From Octopus sinensis (Eukaryota), in assembly GCF_006345805.1 (NCBI RefSeq), contig NW_021833756.1, positions 1 to 55,756 on the forward strand: a stretch of 55,756 nucleotides of DNA, written 5' to 3'. The position numbers and the translations under genes were made by a program. The notes beneath the pieces are model-generated. The model saw only the letters and a list, made by a program, of their open reading frames with translations. It did not search any database and was not told the DNA's origin. Shown piece after piece: positions 1-14,560 of the stretch. Position 1 is the first letter of the stretch. Every line of letters starts with the position of its first letter.

Positions 1-3000
1 CCTCGTTCACACATCATGCGTCCATACAAACGCCTCGTTCACACATCATGCGTCCATACATACAAGCCTCGTTCACCCGTCCATGCGTCCATACAAACAA
101 GCCTCGTCACACATCATGCGTCCATACAAACAAGCCTCGTTCACCCGGCATGCTGGTCCATACAAACAAGCATCATTCACACATCATGCGTCCAAACAAC
201 CAAGCCTCGTTCACACATCATGCGTCCATACAAACAAGCCTCGTTCACACATCATGCGTCATACAAACAAGCCTCATTCACCCATCATTCTCCAAACAAC
301 ACCAGCCTCGTTCACACATCATGCGTCCATCAAACAAGCCTCGTTCACACATCATGGTCCAAACAACACCTCGTTCACACACATGCGTCCATACAAACAA
401 GCCTCGTTCACACATCATGCGTCCAAACAAACAAGCCTCGTTCACACATCATGCGTCCAAACAAACAAGCCTCGTTCACACATCATGCGTCCATACAAAC
501 AAGCCTCGTTCACACATCATGCGTCCAACACAACAAGCCTCGTTCACACATCATGCGTCCATACAAACAAGCCTCGTTCACACATCCTGCGTCCATACAA
601 ACAAGCCTCTTCACACATCATGCGTCCATACAAACAAGCCTCATTCACACATCATGCGTCCATACACACAAGCCCCTTCACACATCATGCGTCCATACAA
701 ACAAGCCTCCTTCACACATCATGCGTCCATACAAACAAGCCTCGTTCACACATCATGCGTCCATACACACAAGCCTCCTTCACACATCATGCGTCCATAC
801 AAACAAGCCTCGTTCACACATCATGCGTCCATTCAAACAAGCCTCATTCACACATCATTCGTCCATTCAAACAAGCCTCGTTCACACATCATGCGTCCAT
901 ACAAACAGGCCTCGTTCACACATCATGCGTCCATACACACAGGCCCCGTTCACCCGTCATGCGTCCATACAAACAAGCCGCGGTCACACATCATGCGTCC
1001 ATACAAACAAGCCTCGTTCACCCGTCATGCGTCCATACAAACAAGCCTCGTTCACACATCATGCGTCCATTCAAACAAGCCACGTTCACACATCATGCGT
1101 CCATACAAACAAGCCTCGTTCACACATCATGCGTCCATACAAACAAGCCTCATTCACACATCATGCGTCCAAACACCAAGCCTCGTTCACACATCATGCG
1201 TCCATACAAACAAGCCTCGTTCACACATCATGCGTACAAAACCAAGCCTCGTTCACACATCATTCGTCCATACAAACAATCGTCGTTCACACATCATGCG
1301 TCCATACAAACAAGCCTCGTTCACACATCATGCGTCCATACAAACAAGCCTCATTCACACATCATGCGTCCATACAAACAAGCCTCCATTCACACATCAT
1401 GCGTCCAACAACCAGCCTCGTTCACACATCATGCGTCCATACAAACAAGCCTCGTTCACACATCATGCGTCCATACACAAGCCTCGTTCACACATCATGC
1501 GTCCATACAAACGCTCGTTACACACAAGAAGCCTCGTTCACTCAAATCATTCGTCCATACAAACAGCCTCGTTCACACATCATGCGTCCATACAACAAGC
1601 CTCGTTCACACATCATTCGTCCATACAAACAAGCCTCGTTCACACATCATTCGGTCCATACAAACAAGCCTCGTTCACACATCATGCGTCCATACAAACA
1701 AGCCTCGTTCACACATCATGCGTCCATACAAACAAGACCGTTCACACATCATGCGTCCATACAAACAAGCTTCGTTCACACATCATGCGTCCATACAAAC
1801 AGCCTTGTTCACACATCATGCGTCCATACAAACAAGCCTCGTTCACACATCATGCGTCCATACAAACAAGCCCGTTCACACACATCATGCGTCCATACAA
1901 ACAAGCCTCGTTCACACATCATGCGTCCATACACACAGCCCCGTTCACACATCATGCGTCGATAACCACAGGCCCCGTTCACACCGTCATGCGTCCATAC
2001 ACACAGCCTCGTTCACACATCATGCGTCCATACAAACAAGCCTCGTTCACACATCATTCGTCCATACAAACAAGCCTCGTTCACACATCATGTGTCCATA
2101 CACACATTCCTCGTTCACACATCATGCGTCCATACAAACAGGCCCTTCACACATCACATCTCGATACACCCACACAGGCCCCGTTCACCCTCATGCGTCC
2201 ATACAAACAAGCCTCGTTCACACATCATTCGTCCATACAAACAAGCCTCGTTCACACATCATGCGTCCATACAAACAAGCCTCGTTCACACATCATTCGT
2301 CCATACAAACAAGCCTCGTTCACACATCATGCGTCCATACAAACAAACCTCGTTCACACATCATGCGTCCATAGAAACAAGCCTCGTTCACACATCATGC
2401 GTCCATACAAACAAGCCTCGTTCACACATCATGCGTACATACAAACAAGCCTCGTTCACACATCATGCGTCCATACAAACAAGCCTCGTTCACACATCAT
2501 GCGTCCATACAAACAAGCCTCGTTCACACATCATGCGTCCATACAAACAAGCCTCGTTCACACATCATGCGTCCATACAAACAAGCCTCGTTCACACATC
2601 GTGCGTCCATACAAACAAGCCTCGTTCACACATCATGCGTCCATACAAACAAGCCTCGTTCACACATCATGCTCCATACAAACAAGCCTCGTTCACACAT
2701 CATGCGTCCATACAAACAAGCCTCGTTCACACATCATGCGTCCATAGAAACAAGCCTCGTTCACACACATCATGCGTCCATACAAACAAGCCTCGTTCAC
2801 ACATCATGCGTCCATAACAACAGCCTCGTTCACACATCATGCATCCATACAAACAAGCCTCGTTCACACATCATGCGTCCATACAAACAAGCCTCGTTCA
2901 CACATCATGCGTCCATAGAAACAAGCCTCGTTCACACATCATGCGTCCATACAAACAAGCCTCGTTCACACATCATGCGTCCATACAAACAAGCCTCGTT

Positions 3001-6000
3001 CACCCGTCATGCGTCCATACAAACAAGCCTCGTTCACCCATCATGCGTCCATACAAACAAGCCTCGTTCACACATCATTCGTCCATACAAACAAGCCTCG
3101 TTCACACATCATGCGTCCATACAAAGAAACCTCGTTCACACATCATGCGTCCATACAAACAAGCCTCGTTCACACATCATGCGTCCATACAAACAAGCCT
3201 CGTTCACACATCATGCGTCCATACAAACAAGCCTCGTTCACACATCATGCGTCCATACAAACAAGCCTCGTTCACACATCATGGGTCCATACAAACAAGC
3301 CTCGTTCACACATCATTCGTCCATACAAACAAGCCTCGTTCACACATCATGCGTCCATACAAACAAACCTCGTTCACACATCATGCGTCCATACAAACAA
3401 GCCTCGTTCACACATCATGCGTCCATACAAACAAGCCTCGTTCACACATCATGCGTCCATACAAACAAGCCTCGTTCACACATCATGCGTCCATACAACA
3501 AGCCTCGTTCACACATCATGCGTCCATACAAACAGCCTCGTTCACACATCATGCGTCCATACAAACAAGCCTCGTTCACACATCATGCGTCCATACAAAC
3601 AAGCCTCGTTCACACATCATGCGTCCATACAAACAAGCCTCGTGCACACATCATGCGTCCATACAAACAAGCCTCGTTCACCCGTCATGCGTCCATACAA
3701 ACAAGCCTCGTTCACACATCATGCGTCCATACAAACAAGCCTCGTTCACACATCATGCGTCCATACAAACAAGCCTCGTTCACCCGTCATGCGTCCATAC
3801 AAACAAGCCTCGTGCACACACCATGCGTCCATACAAACAAGCCTCGTTCACCCGTCATGCGTCCATACAAACAAGCCTCGTTCACACATCATGCGTCCAT
3901 ACAAACAAGCCTCGTTCACACATCATGCGTCCATACAAACATGCCTCGTTCACACATCATGCGTCCATACAACACCTCGTTCACCCGTCATGCGTCCATA
4001 CAAACAAGCCTCGTTCACACATCATGCGTCCATACAAACAAGCCTCGTTCACACATCATGCGTCCATACAAACAAGCCTCGTTCACACATCATGCGTCCA
4101 TACAAACAGGCCTCGTTCACACATCATGCGTCCATACAAACAAGCCTCGTTCACCCGTCATGCGTCCATACAAACAAGCCTCGTTCACACATCATGCGTC
4201 CATACAAACAAGCCTCGTTCACACATCATGCGTCCATACAAACAAGCCTCGTTCACACATCATGCGTCCATACAAACAAGCCTCGTTCACCCGTCATGCG
4301 TCCATACAAACAATCCTCGTTCACACATCATGCGTCCATACAAACAAGCCTCGTTCACACATCATGCGTCCATACAAACAAGCCTCGTTCACACATCATG
4401 CGTCCATACAAACAAGCCTCGTTCACACATCATGCGTCCATACAAACAAGCCTCGTTCACACATCATGCGTCCATACAAACAAGCCTCGTTCACACATCA
4501 TTCGTCCATACAAACAAGCCTCGTTCACACATCATGCGTCCATACAAACAAGCCTCGTTCGCACATCATGCGTCCATACAAACAAGCCTCGTTCACACAT
4601 CATGCGTCCATACACACAATCCTCGTTCACACATCATGCGTCCATACAAACAAGCCTCGTTCACACATCATGCGTCCATACAAACAAGCCTCGTTCACAC
4701 ATCATGCGTCCATACAAACAAGCCTCGTTCACACATCATGCGTCCATACTAACAAGCCTCGTTCACACATCATGCGTCCATACAAACGAGCCTCGTTCAC
4801 ACATCATGCGTCCATACAAACAAGCCTCGTTCACACATCATGCGTCCATACAAACAAGCCTCGTTCACACATCATTCGTCCATACAAACAAGCCTCGTTC
4901 ACACATCATTCGTCCATACAAACAAGCCTCGTTCACACATCATGCGTCCATACAAACAAGCCTCGTTCACACATCATGCGTCCATACAAACAAGCCTCGT
5001 TCACCCGCTCCATACAAACAACCCGTCATGCGTCCATACAACATCCTCGTTCACACATCATGAGTCCATACAAACAAGCCTCGTTCACACATCATGCGTC
5101 CATACAAACAAGCCTCGTTCACACATCATGCGTCCATACACACAATCCTCGTTCACACATCATGCGTCCATACAAACAAGCCTCGTTCACACATCATGCG
5201 TCCATACAAACAAGCCTCGTTCACACATCATGCGTCCATACAAACAAGCCTCGTTCACACATCATGCGTCCATACAAACAAGCCTCGTTCACACATCATG
5301 CGTCCATACAAACAAGCCTCGTTCACACATCATGCGTCCATACAAACAAGCCTCGTTCACACATCATGCGTCCATACAAACAAGCCTCGTTCACACATCA
5401 TGCGTCCATACAAACAAGCCTCGTTCACACATCATGCGTCCATACAAACAAGCCTCGTTCACACATCATGCGTCCATACAAACAAGCCTCGTTCACACAT
5501 CATGCGTCCATACAAACAAGCCTCGTTCACACATCATGCGTCCATGCAAACAGGCACCGTTCACAAATCATGCGTCGGTACACACAGGCCCCGTTCACCC
5601 GTCATGCGTCCATACAAACAAGCCTCGTTCACACATCATGCGTCCATACAAACAAGCCTCGTTCACACATCATGCGTCCATACAAACAAGCCTCGTTCAC
5701 ACATCATGCGTCCATACAAACAAGCCTCGTTCACACATCATGCGTCCATACACACAGGCCCCGTTCACACATCATGCGTCGATACACACAGGCCCCGTTC
5801 ACCCGTCATGCGTCCATACAAACAAGCCTCGTTCACACATCATGCGTCCATACAAACAAGCCTCGTTCACACATCATTCGTCCATACAAACAAGCATCGT
5901 TCACACATCATTCGTCCATACAAACAAGCCTCGTTCACACCTCATGCGTCCATACAAACAAGCCTCGTTCACACATCATTCGTCCATACAAACAAGCATC

Positions 6001-6811
6001 GTTCACACATCATGCGTCCATTCAAACAAGCCTCGTTCACACATCATTCGTCCATACAAACAAGCCTCGTTCACCCGTCATGCGTCCATACAAAGAAGCC
6101 TCGTTCACACATCATGCGTCCAAACAACCAAGCCTCGTTCACACATCATGCGTCCATACACACAGGCCTCGTTCACACATCATGTGTCCATACAAACAAG
6201 CCTCGTTCACACATCATGCGTCCATACAAACAAGCCTCGTTCACACATCATGCGTCCATACACACAGGCCCCGTTCACCCGTCATGCGTCCATACAAACA
6301 ACAAACAAGCCTCGTTCACACATCATGCGTCCATACAAACAAGCCTCATTCACACCTCATGCGTCCATACAAACAAGCATCGTTCACACATCATTCGTCC
6401 ATACAAACAAGCCTCGTTCACCCGTCATGCGTCCATACAAACAAGCCTCGTTCACACATCATGCGTCCAAACAACCAAGCCTCGTTCACACATCATGCGT
6501 CCATACAAACAGGCCTCGTTCACACATCATGTGTCCATACAAACAAGCCTCGTTCACACATCATGCGTCCATACAAACAAGCCTCGTTCACACATCATGT
6601 GTCCATACAAACAAGCCTCGTTCACACGTCATGCGTCCATACAAACAAGCCTCATTCACACATCATGCGTCCATACAAACAAGCCTCGTTCACACATCAT
6701 TCGTCCATACAAACAAGCCTCGTTCACACATCATTCGTCCATACAAACAAGCCTCGTTCACACATCATGCGTCCATACAAACAAGCCTCGTTCACACATC
6801 ATGCGTCCAAA
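1..6811. repeat. Tandem satellite, 34-bp unit CCTCGTTCACACATCATGCGTCCATACAAACAAG, about 200 copies, running off the left edge
   Basis: Unit read directly. Most homogeneous at ~2.2-5.5 kb, more variants and small indels on either side. No spacers between units. Confidence 0.98.
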
Positions 6812-6826
6812 CATAGATTTTCATAA

Positions 6827-7218
6827 ATTCAGGGACATTTAGTTCAGGAGCAGGTAATTAAGGGACAGGTATTCCAGGGGCAGGTAATTCAGGGGCAGGT
6901 AATTCAGGGGCATGTAATTCAAGGGCAGGTAATTCAGAGGCATGTAATTGAGGGGCAGGTAATTCAGGGGCATGTAATTGAGGGGCAAGAAACTCAGGGG
7001 CAAGAAACTCAGGGGCAGGTAATTCAGGGGCAGTTAATTATGGGGAAGGTAAATCAGAGGAATATAATTGAGGGGCAGGTAATCCAGGGTTACGTAATTC
7101 AGGGGCAGGTAATTCAAGTGCATGTAATTCAGGGTCATATAACTCGGGGGCAGGTAATTCAGGTGCATGTAACTCAGGGGCAGGTAATTCAGGTGCATGT
7201 AACTCAGGGGCAGGTAAG
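6827..7218. repeat. 15-bp minisatellite (CAGGGGCAGGTAATT)n, about 26 units
   Basis: Period-15 repeat read directly. Substitutions but no frame-breaking indels seen. Starts ~15 bp after the satellite ends. Confidence 0.95.
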
Positions 7219-7239
7219 TTTCCTTCCACTAAATCCCAT

Positions 7240-7520
7240 CACAAGGATTAGCTAGGCCCTGGGCTACAATAGTAGACAATTGCAGAAGATGACAGGCAGT
7301 GGGAATGAACCCGAAACCATGTGGTTCGTAAGCAAACTACTTACAACATAGCAATTCCTACGCCGATATATACGACGGGCTTCTTTCAGTTTCCCTCTAC
7401 AAACTCCACTCAGAATACATTGGGCGGCCCTAGGCTATAGTCGAATACACTTGCCGAAGATGCAACGCTGTTGGTTTGAACTCAGCACATTGCGGTTCGT
7501 GAGCAATCATTCTCACAGAA
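7240..7520 (-). mobile_element. Two degenerate SINE head fragments
   Basis: Reverse-complement similarity to the better-preserved SINE heads at 36260-36431 and 45316-45977. Confidence 0.65.
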
Positions 7521-7540
7521 ATGCGCGCACAAACAGACAC

Positions 7541-7735
7541 AGAATGTCACGGTTTAAAGGTCAACATGTTTAAAACAAAAATATCTACGAGTTTGCGTAT
7601 ATGCATGTCTCTATGTGCCTGGGTGCGGACGTGTGTTTCCAGAATGTCGCAGTTTTAAGGTCAACATATTTAAAACATAAATAGGTACCAGATTGCGTCT
7701 TTGCATGTATCTATATTCGTGGGTGCGGACGTGTG
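7541..7735. repeat. Two-copy tandem duplication, ~100-bp unit
   Basis: AGAATGTC..GGTCAACAT..TAAAACA..GGGTGCGGACGTGTG starts at both 7541 and 7641. Confidence 0.85.
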
Positions 7736-7904
7736 ATTGTGCGTGCGTGTGTGAGCACAGTCCACCTATACCCAAGCTGGTTGCATCGTCTCATAAGAAC
7801 CAGCCGTGAAAGTTCCGGATCACATTAATGAACTCATTTGCATACAAACAATTAGGGCTCCCCTTGAACTTGTCCGGTTAACAAACAGTAGTGTCTGAAT
7901 GGGA

Positions 7905-8044
7905 ATTAGCTTGCTTACCTAACAAATGTTTTCGAGTTCGGTCCCACTGGGTGGAATGTTGGGCAAATGTCTTCTACTATAGTCTCGGGCCGACCAAAGC
8001 CTTGTGAGTGGATTTGGGAGACGGAAACTAAAAGAAGACTGTCG

Positions 8045-8088
<44 letters not shown>

Positions 8089-8245
8089 GCAGTAAGAGTG
8101 GCTATGTAGCTTGCTTTCCAAATACGGTGTTTCTGGTTCAGTCCAACTACGTGGCCCCATGGGCAAGTGTCTTCCAATATAGCCTTAGACAGACCAACGT
8201 TTCTGAGTAGATTTGGTACACGGAAACAGAAAGTAGCCCGTGGTA
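7905..8245 (+). mobile_element. Two degenerate SINE head copies separated by (TA)n
   Basis: GGTCCCACT..GGGCAA.TGTCTTC.A.TATAG and GGAAAC..AAAG motifs shared with other SINE copies in the window. Confidence 0.75.
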
Positions 8246-8279
8246 TATAGATAGGTATATATATATATATATATATATA

Positions 8280-8360
<81 letters not shown>

Positions 8361-9043
8361 CATAGGTATATATTGACAGATATATGTATATACATATAGA
8401 TATTTAAACATATAAGGGATGGCCATAATGGGACATCCGACTCACTAGAGATGGCAGTTGAACTCCAAAAAATCCTAAAAGTCTGTCTTGTCTGAATAAT
8501 ATATTCGAGAGTTATTCCCCCTTCACATTATAATTTAATAAAAGTAATATAATTATATGTAAGAAAAGTAACTCTGGAAGATGTTATCTAGTTGTCTCCC
8601 TTCCGAGAGTTAATTTCTCTTGCATATTATTCTATTATTGTTAAATTTTAATATTTAAGGGAAGGTAACTGTAGAAGATACTCTGTAGTTATCTCCCTAA
8701 AGTATGTAGTTATTGTAATATAGACTTTGTCGCTCTTTGACTCTTTCAGTTATTTCACTGTGACCATGGTGGAGCACCGCCTTTAGTCAAGCAAATCAAC
8801 CACAGGAATTATTCTTTGTATGCCTATTTCTTAACGTATAGGTCTCTTTTGCAGATCCGATAAGTTACGGGGACGTAATGTTCGATGTACTGAATTAGTA
8901 GGTATTTATTTATTGTAAGAACTTCAATTATCATAAATTATGGGCTAGGAAAAATACAAGAAACTTTTTTGATAGACCTATTGGGGCTCCTTGTGTGTGT
9001 GGGACTGTTTTTATTTATGTGAGTGCGGGTATTTTCATTTCAG

Positions 9044-9085
<42 letters not shown>

Positions 9086-10397
9086 AGTGTTTTTATTTCT
9101 GTGTGCACGAGTGTGTGAGCGACTGAGTGTTACTATTTGTTTGTGTGTGCGAGTGTGTGAGCGACTGAGTGTTTCTATTTGTGTGTGTGCGACACTTACA
9201 ACTACAACAAACACTTTGACCACTTCTAAGATACCCACATTTGAAATCACTAACTACTAAATCAAAATAAGTTCAATTTATTGCACCTTTAGTGACTTGA
9301 GATGTTGCTCATATTTTTCCCATGTGTCGACAGTATATTAATTTCACAAGTGGATAAAAGAAATTCTCATACTGGCGTGGAGGGGGCTGATATTCTAACT
9401 GCGAGTGCAAACACCCAATGCCTCTTTACATTCTGAATAAATTGTATGTTTGTGCTAGTCACGGTTAGGGTTTTATGTGTGAGTGTGTAACTGCGTTTTC
9501 ATTTCTGTGTGTGGGTGCGTATGTTTGTGTGTGTGTGTTTGTGCGTATGTTTGTGTGTGAGAGTTTGGATGTGTTACTGTATTTTTCATTTCTATTTGTG
9601 TGTCTGTGTTTGTGCATGTGTAGGTATGTAACTGTCTTCATTTCTGTGTTTCTCCGCGTGTTTGAGTGTGTGAATATGTAGCTGTGTATTTTCATTTGTG
9701 TGTTTGTCTTTGTGCGTATGTGAGTGTTTTTGTGAGTGGGACTTTTTATATGTGTGTGTGTGTTGGTATTTTCATTTCAGTGTTTGTGTGAATGTTTTTA
9801 TTTTTGTGTGTACGTGTGTGTGAGCGACTGTGTTTTTATTCGTTTGTGTGTGTGCGACAATTACAGCTACAACAAACACTTTAAGCATCTCCAAGATACC
9901 CACTTTTGCAGATCCCTAAGTTCTAAATGAAAAGAAGTTCAATTTATTGCACCTTTAGTGACTTCAGATTTGCGAGTGTTAAGCACCCAATGCCCCCCGT
10001 ATCTACATACCTGGATTGACCATAATTGGCCTCATTCGGAGATCTCTCGGGTGTGGAATATTTATAACTATAGAAGTTAACTTGTTACAGGTTTTGTTTA
10101 TGGCTTAACTTTTGTAGATTTTGGGAAGTTCATAGATGTTACTGGCTTTGCAGTGAAATCTAGTCAAGCAATTTGTCTCCTTTTTTGTTAAATCGTGTTG
10201 GAACTGGTGGATAAGAGTAGACAGTTTGGTCATTATCTTCGAACGACTGTAGCTGTTGATGTTTTTACCGACACAGGTGTATTTTACTCCCTGTATTTTA
10301 GCGGTTCGGCAAAAGAGAACAAGTTAAAATAAATACTAGGCTTACAAAGAATATGTGCTTCGGACGATGTGATCGATTAAAGGCGGCGCTCTAGTAT

Positions 10398-10428
<31 letters not shown>

Positions 10429-10579
10429 TATATAATATATATATATACTTACAGATATACGTGTATATACCCACATACGCATATATACTATATAAAACAA
10501 AAAAGAAGCTTGATTATGTCATTATTACAAATATTACTTTATTACAGATATTACAACATGACACGTATTATATGACGTT

Positions 10580-10995
10580 AGGGAAGTAACTCTAGGAGAT
10601 ATTTTCTGCTATCTCCCCAGTGAACAGGTCATGGACTTTTCTCGTTATTTACTCTTTATACTGACGTAGATAAAAGTCCTAGTGTCGATTTGCTCAAGAA
10701 AATTATGTGCTCCAGCATGGGCGCAGTGAAATGACTAAACCAGGAAAAGAGTAAAAGTAAATGTAAGGGAAGTAAATGTGGAAGATTATCTCCCTTTCTA
10801 GAGTTACTCCCCTTGTATATATTATTAGTTATTAACTTATAATATGCAAGGAAAGTAACTCTACAAAGGAAGATAACTCCAAAATCTTCCATAGTTACTT
10901 CCCCGACATATACTGATAATTGCTAAATATACTAGGCAAGGGAAATAACTCTGGAAAGGGAGATAAGTACAAAATCTTCCAGAGTTACTTCCCTT
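10580..10995. repeat. Array of ~55-60-bp imperfect hairpin units (AAGGGAAGTAACTCT...AGAGTTACTCCCCTT). Further arrays at ~8500-8700, 14270-14310, 17320-17730, 19390-19735
   Basis: Each unit has ~15-bp inverted ends. Units occur in both orientations, separated by AT-rich spacers. Confidence 0.8.
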
Positions 10996-11029
10996 ACATG
11001 TGTTTGTGTACGTGAAACTGTTTTTATTC

Positions 11030-13695
11030 GTTAGTTAGTTAGTTAATTTGGCTCAAAAGCAAATAGCAAGGCCATGTAGGGGGACATAGAGTTAAGTACA
11101 GGGTGGTGTTCATGTAAGGAGTTCAGGCCACTTGAGGTCCAGGGAGGCTTTGAACAAAGCGGTCGTCGGCATCTTCACCATCTCGTTTGGCAGCTTGTTC
11201 CACGGATCCGCAACCCGGACGGAGAAAGCTCCTCTCCTTCGATTGAGATGAAATCGTCGCAGGTAGAGCTTTTCGGAATGACCCCGCAGCCGACGCTCCG
11301 GAGCAGGAGTGAAGAACAGCTCTTTCGAGAGGTTACACTTTCCGCTTATGATGTTGTGGGCGAGAATGAGATCACCACGGCGGCGGCGTTTTTCAAGAGA
11401 ATAAAGGTCGAGCGTCCTCAGCCTTTTTTCGTAGGACAAATTTTTGAGACCATGAACCATGCGGGTAGCCAGCCTCTGGACTCTTTCGAGGTGCTGTATG
11501 TCTTTGAGGAGATAAGGAGAAGAGGCTTGAATCCCATACTCCAATATGGGTCTCACCAGCATGACAGAGTGGCAGGAATATGGCTGCTGTGAGGATTCCG
11601 AATGACCGTCGAATCAAAAACAGAATTCCGCGTGCTTTGTTGGCAGCATGGACGCACTGGGCCGAAGGCGAAAAGGAGGAATCTATCAAGATACCCAGGT
11701 CCTTTACCTGATCGGTCCTCTCCAGCAGCAGACGACCCGGCTCGAAATCAAGTTGAGTTGCAGGAGTAGAGCCGACAGGCAGATGACCGCACTTTGACAC
11801 GTTCAGACACAGGTCCCAATCGTTAGACCACTTCCAAATTTGGTGGAGGCATCGACGAAGATCCTCTATACTACCGCGAGGAGCGACCAGTTTGATATCG
11901 TCGGCAAATAGAAGGGTGTGTTGCGTGAGGTCGTCGGGCAAGTCATTTATGAAGACTAAGAACAACAAGGGCCCAAGCACTGAACCTTGAGGCACGCCAC
12001 TGCTCGCACTGGAGACGTCGGACCGCGAACCATTAACTTGAACTTGGAAGGAGCGATCTGAGAGGAAGGCACCAACCCATCGTACAATATCCGGATGGAA
12101 ACTATATGCTTGAAGCTTGACAAGTAGTAGGCGGTTGTTTACCGAGTCAAAATCTTTGGCAAAGTCCAATAAAACGATGTCAACAGCATCACTATCATCG
12201 AGGATGCGCGTCACCAATTCTTCCATTACTAGTAAGTTGGTCAAGCATGATCTCTTCGGCACGAAGCCGTGTTGGGAATCAGTGATCGAGGCTGTGTTTA
12301 GGAGGTGGAGCATCATACTTTTCTTAAGGATGGTTTCGAACATCTTGCTGATTATTGATGTAAGGGAAACCGGTCGGTAGTTAAGCGGGTCTTCGCAGCT
12401 CCCTTTCTTGAAAATTGGGCAGATTATCGCTGTTCTCCAGTCTGCAGGTATAACACCCGTCGCCAATGACATATTGAATAGTCGTGTTAAGGGCTCGCAG
12501 ATGACCGGAGCCAACGCTTTGATAACCCGTGGGTGTATGCCGTCAGGGCCGTGACCCTTGTTGACATCGAGGCCTTGAATAACACGTTTGACTTGGTCCC
12601 GCGTGATGATCAATCGAAGCATTGGAGGTACCGATCTATCAAATGGAGGGGGTTCACGACCATCATCTTGTTTGAAAATAGTTGAAAAAGCCTCGGCAAA
12701 TAATTGACTCTGTTGATAAGGGTCCTCAATCGATACGCCTGTTGAGTCTACCAACGTTGCAATCTGGTTGTTCAAGCGGGAATTCCGCTGGACATGGGCA
12801 AAGAAGGTTTTTGGATTGCTACTGGCATTTGCCGCGATTTTGTATTCATAACTGAAGCGTTCTTTCTTTTCAATTTTCACGGCTCGGTCTCGTTGAGTTT
12901 TTTACACCTCAAAAGCTGCAGTCGAATCCAGATTTTTGAATTCAGCCCAAGCAATATCTCTGAGTCGACGTTCTCGTTTAACCTTCTTCGTCACCCAGGG
13001 CTTGTGTTTCTTCCTCTTGGGAAGTCCAATGGGAACTGCCTGGTCAGTCAAACAGATTACATATGCTTTGAGGGATGACCATAGTTCGTCAACTGAGGAC
13101 AACGTCATCAGGGAACGCCAGTCCAGAAGCGCGGAAGCCTCGGTTAGAATTTCAAGATTAATTGCAGAGAAGACTCTACGTGCCAGCGAAGTAATCGTGG
13201 GCGTGGAAAAAGTTGTGTGCATGACGAACTTCAGGACCTCATGATCACTCTTGGCAAGAGGGGCGCACACAGATACGTCTGACACTGATCTTGGATAGCG
13301 GGAGAATACCAGATCTAGCATAGATGGCTGCTGCCCAGACCGATGCCTTGTCGGATATTCAACATGTTGCGAGAGAAAACAATCTTCAGCCACGTCAAGA
13401 AGGGCCTGGCCGAACCGGGAAGATGTTGTACAAATTGATGCGGGCCAATCGATCGTGGGAGCGTTGAAGTCGCCTAGTACCAAGCAGTCATGCGAAGCTG
13501 AAACGAATCTTATCGCTTCGAGTAGATGAGCATCGTCCTGGGGGTCGGCAAGAGGCGGCCTGTAGACAGCCAACACGGGCAAGCAAAACTCAGATAGGTT
13601 CAGCTTGCAATAGACAGCATCGAATTTGGTTGTAGGTTGAGCATTTGTGGGTAGAATACCGCAGGACGGTTTGTGCTCAGACTTAACATACCCAG
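11030..13695 (-). mobile_element. 5'-truncated CR1-clade LINE (partial APE endonuclease + RT, frameshifted), (AACT)n 3' tail
   Basis: ORF pieces 12902-13582 (YRPP, LGDFNAP, LDLVF, SDH; frame open upstream to ~13690), 11393-12880 (GVPQGSVLGPLLF, FADD) and 11110-11562 (LRGHSEKL..WNKLP). The tail reads GTTAGTTAG at 11030 on the + strand. Confidence 0.95.
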
Positions 13696-14064
13696 TTGTG
13701 TGAGTGTCGGTAGTTTCATTTCAGTGTTTGTGTCTGTGTGTATGTGCCTATGTGCGTTTTTATTCGTTTGTGTGTGTGCGACATTTACAGCTACAACAAA
13801 CACTCTAAGCATCTCCAAGATACCCACATTTGCAAAATCACTAGCTGCTAAATGAAAAAAAGTTCAATTTATTGCGACTTCAGATTTGCGATTGTTAAGC
13901 ACCCAATGCTCCCTGTATCTACATACCTCGTACTGGCTTTGCAGTGAAATCTAGTCAAGCAATTTGTCTCCTTTTTTGTTAAATCGTGTTGGAACTGGTG
14001 GATAAGAGTAGACAGAATAAGTGCTGCGGACGATGTGCTCGACTAAAGGCGGCGCTCCAGTATT

Positions 14065-14142
<78 letters not shown>

Positions 14143-14329
14143 TTACATAGATATACGTGTAATATACCCACATACGCATATATACTATCTAAAACAAAAA
14201 AGAAACTTGATTATGTCATTATTACTTTATTACAGATATTATAACATGAAACGTATTATATGACGTTAGAGAAGTAACTCAAGGAGATATTTTCTGCTAC
14301 CTCCCTAGTGAACAGGTCATAGACTTTTC

Positions 14330-14560
14330 TCGTTATTTACTCTTTTACTCTCATTTACGTGTTTCAGTCATTTGACTGTGGCCATGTTGCAGCACCACCT
14401 TTAGTCGAGCATATCGACCCCATGATTTATTCTTTGTAGGCCTAGTACTTATTCTATCAGTCTCTTTCGCTGAACCTCTAAGTTATGGGGACGTAAACAG
14501 ACTAGCATCCGTTGTGTAGCAATGTTGGGGGACAAACAGACACACGCACACACGCACACA
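14330..14560 (-). mobile_element. SINE 3' half with (GTAAAAGA)n-type tail
   Basis: TTTCAGTCATTTGACTGTGGCCATG..GCACC.CCTTTAGTCGAGC block shared with the SINEs at 36030 and 53479. Confidence 0.8.

Larger units (their letters stand above)
9730..14340. repeat. Local segmental duplication: ~9730-10650 resembles ~13700-14340, with a third partial copy at ~9040-9330
   Basis: Shared blocks GCGACA.TTACA.CTACAACAAACACT..AGATACCCAC (~9190, ~9855, ~13778) and ACTGGCTTTGCAGTGAAATCTAGTCAAGCAATTTGTCTCC (10141, 13932). Confidence 0.85.

Noticed and set aside
1-6811. CRISPR array (repeat length is CRISPR-like)
   Set aside because: Units are contiguous with no unique spacers, there are no cas genes, and the context is eukaryotic.
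16-6842. Very long ORFs (up to 1453 aa) in the satellite
   Set aside because: All three + frames are open only because the 34-bp unit lacks stops. The peptides are permutations of one 34-aa cycle, and indels shift frames freely.
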